A DNA stretch of 64,000 bases from Camelus dromedarius (Eukaryota), in the NCBI RefSeq assembly GCF_036321535.1, contig NC_087436.1, positions 105,774,001 to 105,838,000 of the forward strand. The letters are read 5' to 3'. The notes under the pieces were generated by a model. That model ran no database searches and was not told where the DNA came from. It saw only the letters and a program-made list of their open reading frames with translations. The translations under genes and the position numbers were made by a program. Positions 55,301 to 64,000 of the stretch are shown one piece after another (the stretch's first letter is position 1; every line of letters starts with the position of its first letter).

Positions 55301-58300
55301 GAATTACTGAGATTTTGATACTGAGGAATCCAGTAATTTACACAAGTAACACTTAGTCATTTGTTCAGTCAGAATTGAGTACCTTCTTTGTGTCGGGCAG
55401 TGCTAGATATAGTAGTGAAAGTAAATCTGGTCCCTGTCCCTATAAAGCAAATACAAAAGTATATATAAGGTTTCAAACTATGATTAGGCTCTGAAAGAGA
55501 ATTTTGGAGTGTATATGAAAGTATGATTTGAGAATTTACACTAGAAAAGAGAAGGCAGAATTTAAGTCAAGGACTGAATTGAAAGTAATGGTTTGCCAGG
55601 AAAAGGGATTGAGGTACAGGGAAGCAGAGCTTTCTAGGCAGATGGAACATCATTTTTAAAAACTTTTTCTTAGGGAGGGAAAAAGTCATGCCTTTTACTT
55701 GAAGGCTCTGTAGTCTGTGGTATTTAAGGTATCCAACTGATTTGTGTAAGTCAGCATATCCATGCTAGGTCATTTTTGAGATGTCAAAGTTTAGTTTCTT
55801 TTTTTCTTGCCTAATTGGAACATAAACCCTTTGGGAAGAGAGTTTGTGTCTGTATCTGTGTACTTGCCTTGTGCCTGAATCCTTTTCTTAAAAAAATGTG
55901 GGGACATAGAAGGGACAGCAGGGGAGTAAAAATTTGTTACTACAGTGCAGACTGGGTGAATCTTCAACATAATTACGAAAAGGGCAGAATTTTCATGGAA
56001 AGACATTTTCCCTCATTTGTTTATAAACTTGTCTGTGGAGAGGACATAGTGAGAGATTGATTTTGTCTGCATAATTTGCCTTTTATTCTGAATCTTTTGC
56101 TTTTGGGTATCAGACTCATTTTAATTTTGCAATCTATCACAAGGCTAAGGACTCAACCTGGGATAATGTTTATGAAGCAGAAAGTGTTGTAGCTCTTTCT
56201 TGGAGAACACATGGCTTTTAGTTCTATAAGACTGTGCCATCCTGAGATGTTTATCTTTAATTTAACTTGAGGACAAGCTGCTAGAAAATCAAGAAAAGTT
56301 AAAAGATAGGACATAGTTGAAATCTAATTGAGTGACAGGGAGAAATGAACAGTCTTGGATTTTAAGGTGTGATAAGCCCTTTGTAAAACTTCAGGGAGAG
56401 AAGTTTTGTACAAAAGTAGGCAAAGAAGTGCTATTCCACACAACATAGATCAGAAACTTGTGGAATTTCTTGATCTCCAAAAGGCAGTCTAGGCAAAAAG
56501 ATGAAAGAGAATCCAAAAATATTTAACAAATTTAAGAGTCCATTTCAGACACTGCTACAAATAAGGAGCTGGTTGATAAAGAACCTCTAAGGTTGACAAC
56601 TGGGGAGGATTTACCAGGCATTGCAGATTCTTTGGGACCGCTGGAAACAGTGGTCACCACCTTCATAAGGACTACTTAGAGATTCCAGAGTGTGTTTCCA
56701 ACAAGGCAAGTCTGTTTTAAAAAGATGACTTGAGAAGAGAATCAAAAGGAAATATACTGTGGAGCACAGACTCTAGTAGGGATCAAAGTACCTGAGTTGT
56801 GTCCTAGCTCTGTCTCTTATTGCTGTGATCTTGACTGTGTTAATTAGCTTCCCTAAGCTTACTGCTTTTTCAGAAGATGGAGCTGATAATAACAACTACA
56901 TCTTCGGGTTGTTCTGAGATTAGATGTGTAATTTGTGTGTAGCCGTTGGAGTAATTCCTGTTACCCAGCAAGTGCAAAATCAACATTTCTACTCTTGGCT
57001 GCCGCTGATAATGGTGATAGATTTCCAGTTTGAGAAATTACTGGCTCTTATTAACCAGTTTACCTGGTTAATTAAAAATGAACTTCATAAAACCAATTTA
57101 ATAAAGTTCCTTTTAATACAACAATTGAGTTACAATTTGGGGGTTTTAGCTTGAATTAAACCTTGATGTTACTTGTCAGTATGGAATGAATGAATGAATA
57201 CAAATATTCTTTTAGGGCTTGGAGAGAAGATGTGGAAACTGGTATGGTTATTAAAAATCATTAATTATAATCATTAATCAAACATCAATTATAAACTAAT
57301 TTACTGAATATCTGCTATATGGTAGGCTTTGTTCTAATTCAAATGTAGTACTGAACTTAGAGAAAGGTAGTTACTGGATCTTTAGGAAGGGGTGGGAATG
57401 AAGAATAAATGTGGTTATTTACCACTTAAGCAGTTCCTGTCATTGAGACTGAAAAATCACTGTTACCTTAGAATTCAAATTCTGCTGGCTTTTATTAATT
57501 CAATTCATAGAAAGATAACTTGATTTCCTAAAGACCTGTATATAGTGTTACATTTGACCTTTGTGTTTATACTTAAGCACTTGCAAGGGATTAGTTAGAG
57601 AAGGCTCTCTTTGTTTATAGTGCCAACATCTTTAAAAATACTAAGTAGAACCTACACATTCATCCTAGCTTTCTGTAAATTCTGTTGAGGATGGGAGAGC
57701 ATTTTCTTCAAAAGTTATGAAAATTTGAGGAATAGTGTATTTTGAAAAAATGATTTAGTTTCCTTATTTTTCTATAGTTAATTTCTTAGTCATTTATTTT
57801 GCTTGATTAGATCTCTGAGACACATACTGAATGTATTTTGGCTATTTGCCAAAATAAATCTATGCTTTGGCTGCTAGTTTTTAGCATTTCAGTTAATAAT
57901 TATGAGACTATATACTTGATAGATGGGTTTTGATGTTTTCTGTTTGCCTTCTTTGTCTTTTTTTTTTGGTATGAGAATTGTATTAAAGCATTGTAGATTC
58001 CACATTCAAAACACTATATGGTACCTTTCTGTGTGACTCCATCTACTAGTGGTTGGTTCTTACTGTAAGCAATACCATGCTATGTCTAGTGCTGTTGTGA
58101 TTATAGTAGGATTAGTGTTGCTCATACTGTGCTTTTGCTGAGAATATGTCAAATTGAATTTGAGCCTATATAAATTTTTATCACTTTATTGGTGAAAGGA
58201 GCATTATGTATTATAAAGGAACTGTGCTAGTGTCATTGGCTCTTTTCTGATTTGGTTGGGGAGGTAAGCTGTGAAGCAATTAAGAAGGTAGTTTGAGTGT

Positions 58301-58539
58301 CACATGAATTGTGTAGATATTTCACAGGAGAAGGGGGTATTTGATCTGAGCTGAGAAGGATGAAGAGGCTTAGATAGGCAGATTAACTAGGTAGATAAGC
58401 TAGATTTTAAGTAAAGTAGAAAGTTCCCTTGCTGCTTTAGTTTATAATGTCAGGAGTTTTTTCCTGGCACTCTAGGCCTAAAGAAATAACTCAGAATTCT
58501 GTTTATTTAGTAGTTCACTGCTGACTTCTTATGTTTTAA

Positions 58540-58656
58540 TTTTTCTTTCTTTTCTTTCCTTTCCTTTCTTTCTTTTTCTTTTCTTTTTTTCTTTTTTCTT
58601 TCCTTCCTTTCTTTCTTTCCTTTTTTCTTTCTTTTCTTTCTTTCTTTCCTTCCTTC
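58540..58656. repeat. (TTTC/TTCC)n polypyrimidine simple repeat
   Basis: ~115 nt of C/T sequence. Confidence 0.95.
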
Positions 58657-60039
58657 GTGATAAGTGCAAGCTATTTTTAGCTTTTCTTCTGTTCCTTACT
58701 ATTGTCATTTAAAAAGTATTCTATTGATAGGGGCTTTAAACAAAAGTAGTTTATGTGGTAGGAAAAATGGAAGTGCGTAAATACTTTTGATCATAGTCTC
58801 TGAGAAGTCTTGATCCATTATAACTTTAAAGAAATTAACCACACATAAACCTGTTGTGTAAGCATTTTAATGTGGGTAGCTTTTATTTAATAGAGACACA
58901 TATGCCACTTGACTGGATTGTAGTGGGTTGATCTAAAAATTTAGTGGTAAATAGAAAATTTATACAAACCTTAAACATTCATTTATCAATCTGTTAATGT
59001 AGGACCAACACCATTTCCTTGAATATGGGCCCTTTGTTTAGAGTTCCATTACTCAATAAAATGTCCAGTTCTTAAGGTGGGATTTAAACTTCAAACACTC
59101 ACAAAATACACAGGTGTTAATTTTCTGGAATTTATGAGAGTTCAGTCTTTTGGAATTCTGGAATTCCAGACCCCTTTCACTTTTATAGTTATCATACTTA
59201 ATATTTGTATGTGTGTGTGTGTGTGTGTGGTTCATCTTTTCAAGCTTTTCTGAAGCGTACAACTTAGGACACGTATATACACCTCTTTTCTGTTCTAAAA
59301 GGGTATCATTTCATGTCAATATGATCATGTTTACCCAACTGGTAGGGATAGCAGTATGGCTGTACTACGTATGTTTTGTAGTGTAAGGTTGGTTATCCCA
59401 AGGAGTCATTCGTTAGTGAACATGTAGCGTAGAGTTCTTCTGTATTGAATACTTAACCAGTTGCTAGACAGTTGGCGTACAAGTGTTTTATATACATTAC
59501 TTTAAACAGTAGCCACTTTATTCTCCTGTTTTTAAATGGAGCTTTAGAGAAGTTGAACTTCTAGATTCCGGTGAAGGTCTGACACAAATAAGAAAGCAAG
59601 GATTTGACCAAGGTTTGTCTTACAACAAAGGATGTGTTCTCAAACCACTGTATGTGTTTTTCCTCTCCATCCTCATTCCTCATCTCTCCGTGTAATTGTC
59701 TTTGTGTAAGTATTTATAAAGCAGTAAATCTAATTAGAATTAACAATGCCTGTCATTTAGAATAGATAACTCTTTGAAGCAGATACCAAGAATTTCTTTG
59801 AGTTATGCTGAGACAAGTTTTGGATCCTTTAGAAACATAGTTGTGATTTATGTGCTTATTTAGTCATGCCAGAATAAAGCCTATACTTTGAAAGGTAACC
59901 AAATCCTAGCAGATTTGGAATAGCACTACATAGCTAGGATTTTCAGAACAGATTAACCTGTGTTTATAGCAGGACTGGTTCAAATGTATGGCCGCTGACT
60001 TCACATATATTGTATCTTGGGGATTGTCTTAGATCAGTA

Positions 60040-60930
60040 AATATAAAGTTGCCTCATTCTTTTTAATGGCTATGTAGTTTAATTCTTTTGATGGACACTC
60101 AAATTTTTATTTTTTGTTATTAAAATCAGTTGCTGCCCTTAGTACTGTCTTACAATTTTGTACACACATTTTTTTCACACATACGCAGGTGTGTATATCT
60201 GAAATGAGTTTCCTAAAAATGAAACTGGTTGAGTCAAAGGATGTTTTTGAATTTTATTAGTTGTTGCCAGATTGCCCTCCACGGAGATTCTATCTCCTCA
60301 GATCAGTAAGGGATGAGCAAATGAGCGTCTGTTTCCATACCTTTGCCAACACTTTGTTGTGGAACTTTTTTGTCTTTGTCAGTATTGTAAGTGAAAAATG
60401 AATTCTCATTATGGCCTTAATTTACATTTCTTTTGTATGAAACTGAACATCTTTACATGTATTTGTGAGCCTTTTGTATTTTTTTGGAATCTGAGACTTG
60501 TGCTTTTCTCATCTTTCTAAAAGTGTTGCTACCTGATTGACAGTCGTTTGTAGCAAGGTGCTATTTTAAAATGCATGCCAGTCACAGAGAAAGTAAATTT
60601 GAAAAATATACAGTATTACAGGATTGATGAAATTTGATAACTTTATATTCTTTACTCATCTTTCTGTGGTTGGTTGGCCTTTTTCTTACTGGTTTGTATG
60701 AGTTTTTAACAACTGGAATTCTGGATATGAGTTGCAGTTTTTGGCCTAGTTTACCACTTGTTTCTTTGCCTTATTTATGACACTTCTTGCCATATAGAAG
60801 CTTGAACTTTATACAGATAACTGATTAACTGCTTACTTTTTATTTTCAACATTGGATGTTACATCACACCCTGGCCAAGGTTGTTTTAAATAATCCATAT
60901 ATTCTATATTTTGTTTTAAACATCTTTGAT
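60040..60930 (-). mobile_element. L1ME-like fragment in intron 3
   Basis: ctcattctttttaatggct; ttgccagattgccctcca; ttaatttacatttctttt. Confidence 0.6.
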
Positions 60931-60988
60931 CAACCTGGAATTGGGGCGGGGCGTTTAAGGTTTGAGGTCGGGATTGAGGAAGTTTGTG

Positions 60989-60990
<2 letters not shown>

Positions 60991-61030
<40 letters not shown>

Positions 61031-61040
61031 ACACACACAC
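60991..61040. repeat. (AC)n microsatellite with one interruption
   Basis: Directly visible. Confidence 0.95.
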
Positions 61041-61614
61041 CCCTGTGGCAAGTAAGACGAAGTTACTGAGGATTGCTTACCCACATAGACAAGTTTGTTA
61101 TCAGTTATAACTTGAGAATTACTCAGTGACATTCATTATAGTTATGAATAATATGTAGTTTATTATTAAAGAGTTTTAAATTTCTGGTATTCATTTTGTA
61201 AAGCATTTGTCACCTTTCTGTGAATCTTTCCCTTTATGACTTTTCTTTGAACCAGGCTACTTGAAGTGTTTCCAAAATGATAAATACATTTGAACACAAA
61301 ACTATAAACAAATAATACATTAGCAATACAGAATGTTTTACCATGCTTTGTTTTTATCAGAATTAGTGACATTGGCTGGGATCAGGGTTGGCGGTTGGCT
61401 TGTAGTTGTACTGTGCCATCTGTGTGAGCCCATTGCAAAAAATACTTAAGTTGATGCTGCTTATTTAGCACACAGGGTTTTTTGGCTTGTTTTATTTTAT
61501 TAAGCAGTCCTGGTTGGAAATAGGAACTGGTTCTGACTCGCTCCAAGGATGTTTTTGCTGCTCTAGCTATCTATTTTGCTTAATCTGCCACTTGTTTAAC
61601 TTGATTAATTTAGA

Positions 61615-61826
61615 CTAGTGGTTTCCCCAAGTTAGGAAACATCAAAATTGTATGAAAGCTTGTTACAACATAAATTGCTATTCTTCACCTTCAAAGTTTT
61701 TGATTAAGTAGGTCTGGGGTGAGGCCCAAGTTATGTATTTTAACCAGTTCCCAAGTGATGCTGGTGACTTTTGCTGACAATTTTTTAAGCGAGTCATTGT
61801 CCCACAGCAGTTAGAAAAACGCTGGA
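61615..61826. mobile_element. MER5A-like hAT-Charlie relic
   Basis: gtaggtctggggtgaggcccaag...attttaaccagttcccaagtgatgctg. Confidence 0.7.
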
Positions 61827-64000
61827 TAATAAGGCATTCAGTAAAATGTAGTTTGATTATCCCAAGCAATTTTAGTTTACTAGTTCATTACTGAAACTTC
61901 AAAATTATGTGATTACAATTTACTATTGTAACACTATTTTTGTGACTCATCCTTAGTCTGGGTAAATATTTGATTGCTACAATGAAAGGTAGTAAAATTT
62001 GACCTAGGTAAAAAAAAAAAGTGGTTATGATTTTTATAGGACCACCAGTACCTGGTTCTCCTTTTCTGTACTCTGTATTAGGTTACTTTTTTTTTTTAAG
62101 TAGCAAAGGGTTTCATACATCTAGCAGTATATAGCAAATCATGAGGTAGCTTTTCGCTTTTGCTTATTTATCTGGGACTTTGAGGAGAGTGTGCTAGTGT
62201 AGTAGGGCCTAGGATTGGGAATCTTTACACTGACTAAGCTGTTTAACTAGTTTTGAGATCTGGCAAAGTTAACTGCTATTACTCAGTTTTTTCCCTGGGA
62301 AAAGCAGCAAATTTGATGGTGTCTTTTAGAGACCTTCCAACTTTAAAAATTTTTCCTGAAGCTCTGTTTATACAAACAGCATGCTTCGTATATTAGCTGG
62401 TGATGCAGGAGATGCTTAACTGTAGCATCTCTTAGAATTGGATCATTGGATCTAATTAATATTGAGGAACTAACAGAAGTCTGTCTCTAGAATCTCAGAA
62501 TCAGGGTTTGGGTTCAGTTGATCGTTTTAACTTAGTAAGTTGTTAATAAAAGAAGACAGTGGTGCCATTAGTCTAATTTATAGTACTTATAAACTGCCAT
62601 TTGTAACCATTCCCCTCTTCCTGAAAAATATGAAAGAATGAGTATTTGGGTCAGCTCTGCTTTTGAATGCCTCCATATGTTACGGTGATCCTGAAGCTTG
62701 AAAATGAGAAAAGATCAAAATAGAGTTTTTTAAAAAGGATTTTTCAAGTGAAAGTTTTGATACTTCAATGAATTTTTAATCACACTTTTAATATGTGAAA
62801 TTAAATGCGTTTTACAATCTGTGAGGGTCTTATAAACAGAAGTTAGGTGGTTGTCATTGCCTGTGAATGCTTGAACTTAATCTAGCTGTATATGTTGCTT
62901 CAAATAAGTGATATGTATTGTTGGAATTCTTTGTGTTGAGTTTATTTGCTAACAAAAATACTAGGATTCCATGTTGAAATGAGCAGGCTAGGAAACTGAG
63001 CAGCAGAATGTAAGTTTGATGGTATTTAAGCAGATACTTGTTCACAAAGAGTGCCCAATTCAGTTTTTTTGCTTTGCAAAGCAACAGGCAAGAGCTTTGT
63101 TAAATCTAAGGAAATTATCCACAAGTAGATGAAACTGTTCTAGTGTTTGGTTACTGAGATAATGTGCAGAAGGACTCCCTAACTCGTGTCAGTAATAGCA
63201 TATGAAGGCAGGAGAAATCACCAAGTGTTCTTAAATAGATCAAAGAGATTTCAAAGCATCTAGAGGCTATAACGTAGCTGGTTCATGCATTGCGGCGCAC
63301 TGTGATTAAGACATTGAGTCATAGTTTAATTGGCTTTGTTTTTTCTTTCATGGTCTTAATATAAAAAATAATTTTGCAGGTAATGGTATGTCAATTCCAG
63401 GAATGTGGTAGTTTCCTTTTTGAAATAGGACCAAAGAAGATAGAAGCACAAATATATAAAGACGGATTTGTTTGCCAAATCTTAATTTACAATTAAGTTC
63501 AGGTGAAAGAGAAGGCTTCACTTGGCGTGTACACTGTCATTTTGCTGAACTTAGTGCTCCAACAGATGGCATTAGCTAAAAATATCAAGTTGGTCCATGA
63601 AAGATTAGATTAGACTAATTCGTAAAAAACAGAGCCAAGATAGTGAAGTCATAAATGATGACTTCAGATTTTTATGCTGCTCTTAATTCTGTAAATAAAA
63701 CCATGGATTTGTATTTAACTGAATGACCTGTGACTTCAGCGTTTGCAGGCCGACTTTGTTTTGTCCAGGTGCCAAACATAGGATAATTGTTTCTCGTTAG
63801 TGACAGTAGCAGCCAGAATGGAATGGACTGGAGATGGCTGACCCATAACAACCATTTGGCAAACCACCCTTCATCTCAGTGCCTGGATTCTATATTAGCT
63901 GTCTTCTCTTGAGCTATTCCTAAGCCTGGTTTTCCTCTCTTTGGTTCATTGATACAGCTAATGCTATTTGCCTTTTCTCTTCCATATGTATTAATCAGCA

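Noticed and set aside
62409..62431. Hairpin gagatgct-N7-agcatctc as an intronic ncRNA
   Set aside because: An 8-bp stem is expected by chance in 64 kb; no box C/D, H/ACA or pre-miRNA architecture that I could support

Overview
Mammalian genomic DNA, very likely camelid, judging by four tRNA-Ala-derived Vic-1-type SINEs. Bases 1-40600 are repeat-dense intergenic sequence (L1, L2, MIR, MaLR/ERVL LTRs, DNA-transposon relics). They include a ~10 kb decayed two-LTR ERVL provirus, a four-level nested repeat stack and a probable retrocopy of a TUBB 3' UTR. A CpG-island promoter (~40.7-41.9 kb) drives DHX15 (Prp43 DEAH-box helicase) on the + strand. Coding exons 1-3 (41070-41140, 47004-47439, 52193-52386) are present and the gene continues past the window end. 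Nearly all other ORFs in the track are repeat-derived or chance. I see no clearly novel system. The best lead is a set of candidate stop-containing (poison) cassette exons and recursive-type AG|GT sites in DHX15 introns, especially 51321-51435, which could reflect splicing/NMD autoregulation. Repeat family names come from recall of consensus sequences, not a search, and repeat boundaries are approximate unless target-site duplications (TSDs) are given.
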